Shown here one piece after another: positions 29,919 to 39,435 of a stretch of DNA of 64,000 bases. The notes under the pieces are model-generated. The model was not told where the DNA came from. It worked only from the letters and a program-made list of their open reading frames with translations, and did not search any database. The position numbers and the translations under genes are program-made. How positions within the stretch are numbered: position 1 is the first letter of the stretch; every line of letters starts with the position of its first letter. The DNA comes from Thermococcus sp. JdFR-02 (GTDB taxonomy: Archaea; Methanobacteriota_B; Thermococci; Thermococcales; Thermococcaceae), in assembly GCA_002009975.1 (NCBI GenBank), contig MTLP01000042.1, positions 96,001-160,000 of the forward strand, given 5' to 3'.

Positions 29919-31088
29919 ATGGTAGAAAATTATACAGAATTGGGTATTTATGACAATGTCCTTCAAACAATTGGAAAGACCCCTATAATCAGGCTTAGAC
30001 AGATTGAGCAATATTTCAACGTTCAAAATGAGCTGTATGCTAAAATTGAGTTCTTCAACCCTGGAGGAAGCGTAAAGGATAGGATTGGAAAATATATGAT
30101 TGAAGGTGCTAAAAAAGAGGGAAAAATAGCTGAGGGTGCAGTGATAATTGAACCCACATCAGGGAACACTGGAGTAGGTTTAGCCTTGGTTGCAGCGGTT
30201 GAAGGCTACAAAACAGTGTTTACAATGCCAACAAAGATGAGCTTGGAGAAGGAGCTTCTCCTTGAAGCTTTAGGCGCTTTTGTGATTAGAACTCCCACAG
30301 CAGTCACTCCAAGCGATCCAAACTCATACTACAAAGTGGCTGAGGCTGTGAGAAATCTCATTTGGAAAAAGAAGAGGCCAGTGAGTATGGAGGAGCTTAA
30401 AGAGATAGTTGATTATGTGCAGAGGCTCGTTGATGAGGAGAGACTTGATGAGCTTAGGAGTATTCTTGAGGAAGAAGTTGAGGAAACACCCTATGCTTAC
30501 ATCCCAAACCAGTACTTTAACAAGTACAACCCAATAGCTCACTATGAAACAACTGCTAAAGAAATTTGGGAGCAGACTAAGGGAAAGATAGACTATCTTT
30601 TCGCAGGAATAGGCACTGGCGGAACTATAACTGGAATTGGACGCTATTTAAAGGAAAGGAAAGACGTCAAGATAATAGGTGTTGATCCAGTTGGCTCAAT
30701 ATACAATCTCGTGAAGAAGGGAATGAGTCTAGAGGAGGCCGTGAAAAAAGCTCATCCTTATTTAGTAGAAGGAATAGGAGAAGATTTGCTCCCAGAGACC
30801 GTTGATTTGAGCCTAGTTGATGATATAGTTGTTGTCAATGATCAGGAAGCTTTTGCAATGACACGCTTCTTGGCAAGGAAAGAAGGGATTTTAGTTGGAG
30901 GTTCTTCAGGAGCGGCGTTATATGGAACAATAAGATATCTCAAAGAGAAAGGGGTAAAAGGAAAGAAAGTCGTTATAATATTCCCAGACACTGGAAGGAA
31001 CTACCTAACAAAGATATTCAACAATAAATGGCTTCTTGAGAACGGTTTTGAAATCGATGATGAAAAAGTTCTGGAGGGATTGAGATGA
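29919..31088 (+). CDS. PLP cysteine synthase / cystathionine beta-synthase family
   Basis: KIEFFNPGGSVKDR, EPTSGNTG, GIGTGGT, EGIG, GGSSGA, PDTGRNY; extra helical insertion. Confidence 0.92.
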   Translation: MVENYTELGIYDNVLQTIGKTPIIRLRQIEQYFNVQNELYAKIEFFNPGGSVKDRIGKYMIEGAKKEGKIAEGAVIIEPTSGNTGVGLALVAAVEGYKTVFTMPTKMSLEKELLLEALGAFVIRTPTAVTPSDPNSYYKVAEAVRNLIWKKKRPVSMEELKEIVDYVQRLVDEERLDELRSILEEEVEETPYAYIPNQYFNKYNPIAHYETTAKEIWEQTKGKIDYLFAGIGTGGTITGIGRYLKERKDVKIIGVDPVGSIYNLVKKGMSLEEAVKKAHPYLVEGIGEDLLPETVDLSLVDDIVVVNDQEAFAMTRFLARKEGILVGGSSGAALYGTIRYLKEKGVKGKKVVIIFPDTGRNYLTKIFNNKWLLENGFEIDDEKVLEGLR

Positions 31089-32245
31089 AAGGCTTTTCAA
31101 CCAAGGCTATTCACGTCGGTGAAGATCCAAGTGAGATGCAGCATGGCGATGTTGTTTCCCCAATCCACCTTTCAACCACTTTCGCAAAGAAAAGTGTGAG
31201 AGAAGTTGAGGAAGGCTATGTTTACTCAAGGAGCGGCAACCCCACGAGGAATAACCTTGAGAAAAAATTAGCAGCACTTGAAAACGCTAAGTATGGGTTG
31301 GCTTTTTCCTCAGGGTTAGCGGCTGAATCTACAATACTCCTAGCATTACTAAAGAAAAGAGACCATGTTGTAGCTTTCGACGACCTCTATGGGGGAACAA
31401 AAAGGCTCTTCAACCAAGTTATGGAGCGCTTTGGGATTGAATTTACTTATGTAGATGCAAGAGAGCCTGAGAATGTTAGAAGTGCAATAAAAGAAAATAC
31501 AAAGATGATTTGGCTTGAAACTCCCACAAATCCCCTTTTAAAGCTTGCTGACATCAAGGCAATATCTGAGATTGCTCATGAGAGAGATTTAATCGTGGTT
31601 GTGGATAACACATTTGCGAGTCCCTACTTCCAAAATCCCCTCGACCTTGGGGCGGATATAGTGCTCCACAGCGTTACCAAATACTTAGGAGGACATTCCG
31701 ATGTTGTCGGAGGAGCCGTGATGGTAAATGACGATGAGATTTATGAAAAGTTGAAGTTCCATCAAAACGCAGTCGGTGCAATTTTGTCACCTTTTGACTC
31801 CTGGCTCGTTATGAGGGGCATTAAAACGCTTGCTGTTAGGATGGAGAGGCACGAGAAGAATGCTATGAGAATTGCGAAGTATCTGGAAGAGCATCCATTG
31901 GTTGAGAGGGTTTACTATCCAGGCTTGTCTTCACATCCACAGCACGAGCTCGCAAGGAGGCAGATGAGAGGATTTGGGGGAATGCTCTCATTCGAGCTTA
32001 AAGGTGGCCTTGAGGAGGCAGTAAAGTTCGTCGAGAGCTTGAAGATTTTTGCACTGGCTGAAAGCTTGGGAGGAGTGGAATCACTAATTGAGCTACCAGC
32101 TTTAATGACCCATGCCTCCCTTTCAAAAGAGGAAAGGGAGAAAGTTGGCATAAAAGACTCTCTTATCAGAGTTTCAGTTGGAATAGAAGATGTTGAGGAC
32201 TTAATTGAGGACTTGGAGAAAGGCTTCAGGGGGATAAAGCAATGA
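31085..32245 (+). CDS. cystathionine gamma-lyase/synthase (Cys/Met metabolism PLP family)
   Basis: YSRSGNPT, ETPTNP, DNTF, HSVTKYLGGHSD, AESLGGVES, IRVSVGIE. Confidence 0.92.
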   Translation: MKGFSTKAIHVGEDPSEMQHGDVVSPIHLSTTFAKKSVREVEEGYVYSRSGNPTRNNLEKKLAALENAKYGLAFSSGLAAESTILLALLKKRDHVVAFDDLYGGTKRLFNQVMERFGIEFTYVDAREPENVRSAIKENTKMIWLETPTNPLLKLADIKAISEIAHERDLIVVVDNTFASPYFQNPLDLGADIVLHSVTKYLGGHSDVVGGAVMVNDDEIYEKLKFHQNAVGAILSPFDSWLVMRGIKTLAVRMERHEKNAMRIAKYLEEHPLVERVYYPGLSSHPQHELARRQMRGFGGMLSFELKGGLEEAVKFVESLKIFALAESLGGVESLIELPALMTHASLSKEEREKVGIKDSLIRVSVGIEDVEDLIEDLEKGFRGIKQ

Positions 32246-32973
32246 TACCGAGCATGAGTGAGGTTAAAGAATTCTTGAAAAAGCTCGGCTTCGATGAGAG
32301 CTCAGCTAATGAGCTTATAGAGCAAATAGAGTACTTTGAAGGAGAAGCACCCCAAAGGGACGATATTGTGAGGGACTATCTTAGGGAGGAGTGCATAGAG
32401 ACAATAGTTGACGACATAGTTGAAGAAATCCTAAAGCTAAATAAGGAAAACATTAAGCTCTTAGACATTGCGGCTGGCTCAGGGTTTTTCACAGAGAGGG
32501 TTAAAAGGAAGCTTGAGGAAAGGAGAGTCAAAGTGGATGTTTATGCTTTGGATATAACTCCAAGCATGCTGAAAAGACTAAAAGAGAGAAAGATTACACC
32601 AATTTGGGGAGTTGCCGAGAAAATTAAAGAATCAATCAAAATAGCAAATGAGTATTACAACATAAATGTTCCTGAGAAATTTGATGCTGTAATTTCAACA
32701 TTAGCTTTGCATCACTTTTTAAAGCCTGAAAAAGTCTTAGAGAGCATGAAGGATGTCTTAAAAGAGAGTGGTAAGGTAATAATAGTTGATGTCCTCAAGC
32801 ATGAACATGAGGAATTTAAAGAGACTTTAAAGGATACACATCTCGGATTCACGCTGGAGGAAGTAAAAGAGATGGGTTCAAAGATATTTAAAGAAGTGAA
32901 AGCTAACTATATGGACGTCTACTGTGAAGTTGGCGACATAATAGTCGGATTATACAAAGCGGTGTTTGCTTAA
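32242..32973 (+). CDS. class I SAM-dependent methyltransferase
   Basis: LLDIAAGSG, LDIT..ML, FDAVIS..ALHH; ATGA overlap with the lyase gene. Confidence 0.85.
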   Translation: MIPSMSEVKEFLKKLGFDESSANELIEQIEYFEGEAPQRDDIVRDYLREECIETIVDDIVEEILKLNKENIKLLDIAAGSGFFTERVKRKLEERRVKVDVYALDITPSMLKRLKERKITPIWGVAEKIKESIKIANEYYNINVPEKFDAVISTLALHHFLKPEKVLESMKDVLKESGKVIIVDVLKHEHEEFKETLKDTHLGFTLEEVKEMGSKIFKEVKANYMDVYCEVGDIIVGLYKAVFA

Positions 32974-33527
32974 CTAGAGATCTTTCTTTTTTCTGCCACT
33001 TCTTTTAGCTTTAAGTGAGCTCTTAAAAGCCTCTTTTTGATGATGCGCTCTGCTATGAGGAGATTCAAGATTTTCCCCAGAAAACCATAGCGAAGGGAGT
33101 AATATACGCTCTCAATACTGAGGGTCATGTTATTCACAGGGATGAAGTAGTGTTCATACCGCAATTTCTTTAAAAATGTGTTCTCTTCCAGCATCTCTCC
33201 GGAATATAAGTAGTTTTCTTTAAAGTCAACAATCCGATATTTTACCCACTTTCCTGCTCCTTTTTCGCGGGTGTAATAGATCATCCCCCTCTCCAATTTT
33301 CCATCACCTTCAGATTTAAACTCATATTCCGGCCAGAACAACACGTGATTGCTGATGTTGGACACGAGAGAAAAAACTTCCTCCACTCTCGCGTCAATAA
33401 GCACCGCTATCTTGACACAATGAGAGAAACCTCGCGGTGGTTTACACTCTAAAAACTCAACATGTGTATTTTTAAGCCTCTTGACAATTAAGTGAATTCT
33501 CTGCTGGTCGTATTTTTTCGAGTTCAT
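32970..33527 (-). CDS. SRPBCC/START-like protein (true start uncertain)
   Basis: IDARVEEVF...SN....FWP pattern; C-terminal helix ending LKEVAE. Confidence 0.65.
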   Translation of the reverse strand: MNSKKYDQQRIHLIVKRLKNTHVEFLECKPPRGFSHCVKIAVLIDARVEEVFSLVSNISNHVLFWPEYEFKSEGDGKLERGMIYYTREKGAGKWVKYRIVDFKENYLYSGEMLEENTFLKKLRYEHYFIPVNNMTLSIESVYYSLRYGFLGKILNLLIAERIIKKRLLRAHLKLKEVAEKRKISS

Positions 33528-33628
33528 TTTCCACCGCCTTTATTCATCGAGCAGATTCATCTGTATTCTGATAAAATTAGAGGGATAACTTAAAAAAATG
33601 TAAAAAATATGCAAACAAATGGAAGGGA

Positions 33629-33919
33629 CTAACCTTCTAGAAGCTTTCTCTTCCTTTTTTCGTATTCTTCGTCGTCTATTTCTCCTCTTGCGTATCTCTC
33701 ATTAAGTATTTCTAGAGCAGTCTTTTTTGAAGCCGTTTTTGATGTTCCTTGTTCTAAAAGCCATTTAATTAATAGGACTACTCCCACAATTATTGCAACC
33801 CAGAATAGGAGCATAAATATAGCCCAGCCCCATCCTAAGAAGCCAAATCCCATCATATCGTGCCACCCCCATTCACCTTCTCCCATATGAACGAGATAAT
33901 CTCCAAAACTTTCAAACAT
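33629..33919 (-). CDS. SHOCT-domain membrane protein with His/Met N-terminus
   Basis: HMG..WHDMMG, one TM, ALEILNERYARGEIDDEEY SHOCT motif. Confidence 0.85.
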   Translation of the reverse strand: MFESFGDYLVHMGEGEWGWHDMMGFGFLGWGWAIFMLLFWVAIIVGVVLLIKWLLEQGTSKTASKKTALEILNERYARGEIDDEEYEKRKRKLLEG

Positions 33920-33967
33920 TATCTTTCACCATATATTACTCAGTTAGAAAACCTATAACCCTTATCT

Positions 33968-33982
33968 TTAACAAAGTGTAAA
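33968..33982. promoter_or_regulatory. CopR-type operator
   Basis: TTAACAAAGTGTAAA, 14/15 identical to the copA site, 49 nt from the SHOCT gene start. Confidence 0.7.
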
Positions 33983-34092
33983 AAATAAGGGACAAATTTT
34001 GGATATCTAAAAGATATAATGTTATATTGGCTGAGAGTTAACATGCGCAAAACTTAAAACTGAGTTATTATTATTCATAACTCGGTGATAAC

Positions 34093-34881
34093 ATGGCAAA
34101 GATACTGGCAAAGGTTAGTGAAAAGGATGTAACCTCAGCTATAGTCGATACTTTCTACAGCATGCTTAGAGAATACACAGAATCAGACGTTATAATCGTA
34201 GGCGCAGGACCGAGTGGATTAACCGCCGCTAAAGAGCTTGCAAAAGCAGGTAAAAAGGTCTTAGTTATAGAAAGGAACAACTATCTTGGAGGAGGCTTTT
34301 GGATCGGAGGATTCTTAATGAACAAGATAACAGTAAGGGCACCAGCACAAGAAGTGTTAGAAGAACTTGGTGTTCCATATGAGGAATACACAGAAGGTCT
34401 CTACGTTGCAGATGGTCCTCATGCATGTTCAAAGCTTATTGGAGCAGCATGTGACGCGGGAGTGAAGTTCCTCAATATGACGAGCTTTGATGATGTTGTT
34501 ATAAGAGATGGGAAAGTTGCAGGTGTTGTGGTTAACTGGACTCCAGTTCAAGCTTTGCCAAGGCAAATAACCTGTGTTGACCCAATAGCTCTTGAGTCAA
34601 AGATTGTAATAGACGCTACCGGACACGATGCCTTTGTTGCCAAGAAGCTCGAAGAAAAAGGGCTCCTGAAGACGAGAGGACACGGCTCAATGTGGGTTGA
34701 GGAGAGCGAAGACGCGGTTATAAATCACACAAGTGAAGTTTATCCAGGACTTATAGTTACGGGAATGGCAGTTTCTACAGTTTTTGGGCTTCCAAGAATG
34801 GGGCCAACCTTTGGAGGAATGCTCTTAAGCGGAAAGAGAGCTGCTGAAGTGGCTTTAGAGAAGCTTAAAGAACTGGAGTGA
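34093..34881 (+). CDS. thi4: thiazole synthase Thi4, cysteine type
   Basis: [41 protein letters not shown]. Confidence 0.93.
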   Translation: MAKILAKVSEKDVTSAIVDTFYSMLREYTESDVIIVGAGPSGLTAAKELAKAGKKVLVIERNNYLGGGFWIGGFLMNKITVRAPAQEVLEELGVPYEEYTEGLYVADGPHACSKLIGAACDAGVKFLNMTSFDDVVIRDGKVAGVVVNWTPVQALPRQITCVDPIALESKIVIDATGHDAFVAKKLEEKGLLKTRGHGSMWVEESEDAVINHTSEVYPGLIVTGMAVSTVFGLPRMGPTFGGMLLSGKRAAEVALEKLKELE

Positions 34882-34886
34882 TCCCA

Positions 34887-35537
34887 ATGAAGATTTACGT
34901 TGAAGATTCCTTTTGGGACTCCTTTTTATTTTTTGAGGGGATTAGAAAGTTTTTCAGGTTCTCTGTAGAATTTAATCCCTATAAATTTAAAGACCCCTAT
35001 TTTCTAGCTTACATAAGAGTGAGGAACCCAAATAAGAGAGAATTTTACGAGCCCTTTCCGGTGGAAGTCGAGAACGAAAAGAGGGGTCTCATAAAAGGGG
35101 TTATCTATGATGGTGTGGAACTGCTGAGATATTTCTCTCGAGATGTTGATATCTCTGAGCCGACAGTTTTGATAACTAACAGGCTTATAGCCACATTTGG
35201 AGAAGATGGGCGATATCACCTTAGAATGATTGTAATAGGTCCTGCAGCGATAATTTCACTTAAGGGAATACTCTATGCTCCAGCAAAGCCTCTCCAATAT
35301 TATATGATGCATTCATTTGGATTTGATGAGAAAATTGATGTAAAGGTTGACAAAGTGTTGAAAATGCTCCTTCTTCAGTTCTATGCTTATTTTAAGCATG
35401 AAGAGATCTTTTGCGAGAGCGAGGAATGCATGCTCCACAATTGCCATACAACGGAAGAGATAAAGAAAGTGAAAGGGCTGTGTGAGAGGCATAGGAAGAT
35501 GTTTGGAGATAGTGTAAATTTAAGAGGACTATCATAG
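34887..35537 (+). CDS. hypothetical protein, archaemetzincin-like Cys-rich C-terminus
   Basis: T.RLIATF...GRYHLR, APAKP, FC....C.LHN.H...LC.RH; no HExxH. Confidence 0.6.
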   Translation: MKIYVEDSFWDSFLFFEGIRKFFRFSVEFNPYKFKDPYFLAYIRVRNPNKREFYEPFPVEVENEKRGLIKGVIYDGVELLRYFSRDVDISEPTVLITNRLIATFGEDGRYHLRMIVIGPAAIISLKGILYAPAKPLQYYMMHSFGFDEKIDVKVDKVLKMLLLQFYAYFKHEEIFCESEECMLHNCHTTEEIKKVKGLCERHRKMFGDSVNLRGLS

Positions 35538-35820
35538 AATGTGTGAGAAAGGGTAACATAGAGTTAATGCTCGTTGCCATGATTTTAAAGATGCTACCTT
35601 TAGAATTAACTAAATTTTTAAGTTTTAAATACTACTCAAAGTTTTATTAAATTCATTTTCTTAGATTTTAGAAAAGAAGCTTTTTGAAGACTTACTTTTT
35701 TTTTAGAAATTTACTAACTTCAAATTATTAACTATAAGTTTACGAAAAATTTAAGTATAAGTACAACTTAAGAAAGTATGCTGAGGTAACGATGAAGCGG
35801 ATAAAAATGGAGGGGGCACT

Positions 35821-35937
35821 ATGCCAGAGCGTCAGGAAGAGGTGATAGTGTTAGAATTTGGAAATCCCTCCTTTGGGGAACCCAACTTTGTGTGCGGTTT
35901 ATGCGGATTTTGTGGCGCATTTCCACTTCCGACCTGA
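35821..35937 (+). CDS. RiPP precursor peptide, 38 aa, CxxCxxC core (absent from ORF track)
   Basis: SD GGAGGGGG then ATG; MPERQEEVIVLEFGNPSFGEPNFVCGLCGFCGAFPLPT*; ends 53 nt before the rSAM/SPASM gene. Confidence 0.85.
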   Translation: MPERQEEVIVLEFGNPSFGEPNFVCGLCGFCGAFPLPT

Positions 35938-35940
35938 GCC

Positions 35941-35956
35941 CCTTTTTATTTTTTAT
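35941..35956 (+). terminator. oligo-T terminator/attenuator between precursor and maturase
   Basis: CCTTTTTATTTTTTAT immediately after the precursor stop. Confidence 0.5.
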
Positions 35957-35990
35957 GTATTCAAAAAACCAGATAAAGGAGGGAAAAATC

Positions 35991-37292
35991 ATGGTGGATT
36001 ATACTTTATCAAAATATGTTATAGAAACCGATTATAATGGATACGTAGTCCTTTATCATCTAATCTATACTCATATAATAGGACTATCAAGAGAAACATA
36101 TTTGAATATCAAAACGGGAAAATCTGAAGAAGTCAAAGAAAAGACTCTCCAACAGCTAATTGATCTGGGCTTTCTTGTACCATCAACTGTTGATGAAAAG
36201 GAGATTGTAAAGCTTAAGATGAACTCATTAAAATACACTCCACTTCAGATGGGGATATTTGTAAGTCTAACATCTGCATGCAATCTTAAGTGTCCATATT
36301 GTTATCAATCCATGAGAAATGATACAAAATATCTTACTGTTGAAAAATGGAAGGTGTTATACAAGTACATTACTAAACATCAGGACATTGTAAAAGCTTT
36401 AGCAATAGCTCTATTTGGAGGAGAACCTCTCATGAACTATGATATTGCAAAAGAGATCTGTAAAGACGTTAAAAAGTTGAGAGTTAATGGGATTCATACT
36501 AGTATAGCTCTTGTGACTAATGGCACCCTATTTACAAAGGAAGTTGGGGAAGAACTCTCAGATTACTTAGAGAATGTTCAGATAACAATAGATGGTATGC
36601 AAGGAGAACATGACAAACTTAGACCTCTTCCAAATGGCAAAAGTAGTTTTGAAATAATAATTAAAAATCTAATTGATAACATAGATCTTTATAAAGATAG
36701 AATTGTCCTTCGTTCGAATATCACTGAGGAAAACATAGAATCAGTTAAAACTTTATTAAAATACCTAAAAGAAGAAGTTGGGATTATGAACAAGATAAAA
36801 GAGGTTGATTTCAGGTATATCTATCCCTCTCAAAATGATATATTTGATGGTGCAATATATCGATTAGACAGTCATGTTTCAAAAATGTTGCTAGAGATGT
36901 ATAAATATGCCACAGAGCTTGGCTATAAAATTGCCAATCCCTTGCTATCTGTCGCACCTTGTATGGCATCTCATGCATTTAGTTTCGCAGTGGATGAAAA
37001 TCTGAACGTATACAAATGTGGAGGATTCCTATATTCTACTCCCGATGGGTATATCTCTCCTGATGGAAAGTTGGTAATAACGAATCCTAGATGGTACAAA
37101 TTAATAAACTTCGAACCTGTCTGTGTTAATACATGTAAGTTCGCCCCTGTGTGCTATGGAGGATGTAAATGGATGGGAATTATGAATAATTTTAAAGGTA
37201 CATGCAACATTGAGCACTTCAAGGATCTCAAAGAGTTCTTGAGGATATACGTTAATTCAAATTACAAAAGACAACTGGAGGTAATGCAATGA
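35991..37292 (+). CDS. radical SAM/SPASM peptide maturase with N-terminal RRE-like domain
   Basis: Start ATG 35991 after GGAGGG; N-terminal SKY..VVLYH..QQLIDLGFLV; CNLKCPYC; FGGEP; SPASM PC...YKC...C..TCKFAPVCYGGC...C. Confidence 0.9.
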   Translation: MVDYTLSKYVIETDYNGYVVLYHLIYTHIIGLSRETYLNIKTGKSEEVKEKTLQQLIDLGFLVPSTVDEKEIVKLKMNSLKYTPLQMGIFVSLTSACNLKCPYCYQSMRNDTKYLTVEKWKVLYKYITKHQDIVKALAIALFGGEPLMNYDIAKEICKDVKKLRVNGIHTSIALVTNGTLFTKEVGEELSDYLENVQITIDGMQGEHDKLRPLPNGKSSFEIIIKNLIDNIDLYKDRIVLRSNITEENIESVKTLLKYLKEEVGIMNKIKEVDFRYIYPSQNDIFDGAIYRLDSHVSKMLLEMYKYATELGYKIANPLLSVAPCMASHAFSFAVDENLNVYKCGGFLYSTPDGYISPDGKLVITNPRWYKLINFEPVCVNTCKFAPVCYGGCKWMGIMNNFKGTCNIEHFKDLKEFLRIYVNSNYKRQLEVMQ

Positions 37293-38212
37293 AAAAAATT
37301 ATCAATATTGAAAATCTCACTAAAATTTATCCAAATGGCAAAAGAGCTAATGATAATATAACAATGTTTGTAAGAAAAGGGGAAATAGTGGGCTTAATCG
37401 GACCAAATGGTGCAGGAAAAACCACACTGATACGGCAGATTCTAGGACTTTTAAAACCAACAAAAGGTAAGATAGAAGTTATGGGAATCAACGTTTCAAA
37501 GAAACCAGAAAAAATTAGGGGGATTGTTGGATATGTCCCCCAATACCCCTTATATTATCCCTCCTTAACTGTTGAGGAAATTCTACACTACATTTTGCTC
37601 ATGAAAGGCATTAAAGATAAAAAAGAGCTTGAAGAAAAACTCAATAATGTTTTGAAATTAACAAACCTCGATTCAGCAAGAAAATTCTATGGTTACCAAC
37701 TTTCCGGAGGGATGATGAAATCTCTTCTTTTATCTATGGCATTAATACAAGAACCCCAGCTTTTAATTTTAGATGAACCAACTAGCATGGTCGACATAAA
37801 TACTAAGTTTAGAATATGGGGAACTATACAGAAAAACAAAAGAAAAGGAGTTCTTTTAGCAAGCCATGACCTAAATGAAGTAAAGAGAATTTGTGATAGA
37901 ATATACGTTATTATCAACGGAAAAATTATTGCAAGTGGAACAACTGGAGAGATTTCAAAGCTATTAAAAACGCCAACAGAGATAAGACTGATTCCTCAGG
38001 AGACCCAAGAGTTTAAGCACCTCATGGAAGAGCTTAACATCATGGGTGAAAAAAAAGGAAATATTTATGAAATGGCTTTTGAAGATCTTGAAAGTGCTTT
38101 AAATGCCATTCAACACATTTTGAAGACTTCGGGGATTGAATATCTCGAGGTGAATTCTCCATCATTCGAAAAAGCAATAATGACGCTCATTGGAGGTGGA
38201 AATAATGATTAA
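37289..38212 (+). CDS. ABC exporter ATP-binding subunit (RiPP cluster 1)
   Basis: GPNGAGKTT, LSGGM, LDEPT, SH; ATGA overlap with the rSAM gene. Confidence 0.92.
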   Translation: MKKIINIENLTKIYPNGKRANDNITMFVRKGEIVGLIGPNGAGKTTLIRQILGLLKPTKGKIEVMGINVSKKPEKIRGIVGYVPQYPLYYPSLTVEEILHYILLMKGIKDKKELEEKLNNVLKLTNLDSARKFYGYQLSGGMMKSLLLSMALIQEPQLLILDEPTSMVDINTKFRIWGTIQKNKRKGVLLASHDLNEVKRICDRIYVIINGKIIASGTTGEISKLLKTPTEIRLIPQETQEFKHLMEELNIMGEKKGNIYEMAFEDLESALNAIQHILKTSGIEYLEVNSPSFEKAIMTLIGGGNND

Positions 38213-38915
38213 GGCTTTGATCTTAATGGAACTTAAAGGCATGAGGATTTACATGTTGCAGATAATTGTAAGCCTGTTTGTAGTACCCTTGTCCTTTCTG
38301 GCGCTTATCCTTCTGAATTCAAAGGAGGCTCCAAGTACTTTCAAGGCATATCTCATTTCGGGATTTATAGTAATATCTTTTGTTGGGTTGTTGCTACTAA
38401 TGCTGTCATTTAGAGTTAGTACAGTGTTTGAACCGAGGTTTTTAGAGCTATATTCAACCTTGCCGGTGAGTATTGAAAAAGTTGTATTATCAATGTTCCT
38501 AGCGTATGTTCTTTTGGGGGTACCCCAAACACTTATTGCTTTACTTCTGCTTATTAAATATTCCAGCACCATTAACATCCCACTTCTTCTGACATCATTT
38601 GCATTAATTGCTGGGGAACTTGGAAGTATTGCAATAGTTTTGGGAGCAACAATTAGGAACCCATATAAGGTTCAGGCATTCACAAGTATTTTGCCATGGA
38701 TACTAACACTACTTTCACCAGCATATTACAAATCATCCTCCAAAATATTGCTGTTGAATCCAATAACTCATCTTCTAAACGTTCTAAGGGCGTCTTTAGC
38801 ACTTGAAAAACTTTCCATGACCTCTTTAGCATTTTCTGTGGTTTTAACTATTGTGTTGTGTATCTATACTGATAAACAACTGAGGAAACCCTATATGCTA
38901 GAAAAACCCTTTTAA
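38205..38915 (+). CDS. ABC-2 type permease (RiPP cluster 1)
   Basis: About six TM, ELYSTLPVS, SPAYY, LNPIT ABC-2 motifs. Confidence 0.85.
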   Translation: MIKALILMELKGMRIYMLQIIVSLFVVPLSFLALILLNSKEAPSTFKAYLISGFIVISFVGLLLLMLSFRVSTVFEPRFLELYSTLPVSIEKVVLSMFLAYVLLGVPQTLIALLLLIKYSSTINIPLLLTSFALIAGELGSIAIVLGATIRNPYKVQAFTSILPWILTLLSPAYYKSSSKILLLNPITHLLNVLRASLALEKLSMTSLAFSVVLTIVLCIYTDKQLRKPYMLEKPF

Positions 38916-38958
38916 GTTTCTCCTTTTTATTTACATTGTGGGATAACCCATGTGAAGA

Positions 38959-39340
38959 TTGCTCTCTAAAAGAGCATGTGTGCTGTGTCGTGCCGTTATT
39001 GAACCTGCCAATATTGAATCCAGCTCCTGTCCAACTTGGCACGCTCAGCATGGCGTTTTCTGTAATGACGGGATTATTCTTAAGTGGGCCTGTGAGCAGG
39101 GAAAAAGCGTTTGGGATTTTAGAGATCCTGCTCTCGGCGCCAGTCTGTCCCGCTGAGATTCTGTTCTCAAAAGCCATGGGGACTTCCGCATACGGCTTTA
39201 TCGTGATAACCATTGGGCTTGACTCAGGTGCTTTGTATTATAAGCACTTTGATATGGCAAAGGGGTTACCTTCTTCATAGCGTTTTTTGCCCCTCTTTAC
39301 CTCCCCGAATACTATCATGGCAATCACCTTTAATTAAGCA
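38959..39340 (+). pseudogene. ABC permease remnant
   Basis: REKAFGILEILLSAPV..EILFSKA ABC-2 signature in a truncated ORF. Confidence 0.6.
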
Positions 39341-39435
39341 CAATCTTTTCACCCAACCTTTTCCCTAGTCCTTTTATTATTGCAAGCGAAGCCAAGAATG
39401 CACCCGCGGACAGCAACAGGGAAATTGCTAATGCC

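Noticed and set aside
27550-32973. The two class I methyltransferases as Asn N-methyltransferases for the Nx5N peptide
   Set aside because: They lie 20 kb or more from the precursor in unrelated operons; nothing links them to the cluster
34887-35537. Metallopeptidase-like gene as leader peptidase for RiPP cluster 1
   Set aside because: No HExxH motif, coupled to thi4, and separated from the precursor by an AT-rich spacer
35892-35990. N-terminal extension of the rSAM ORF from 35892
   Set aside because: Overlaps the precursor in another frame and crosses an oligo-T tract; ATG 35991 has the strong SD
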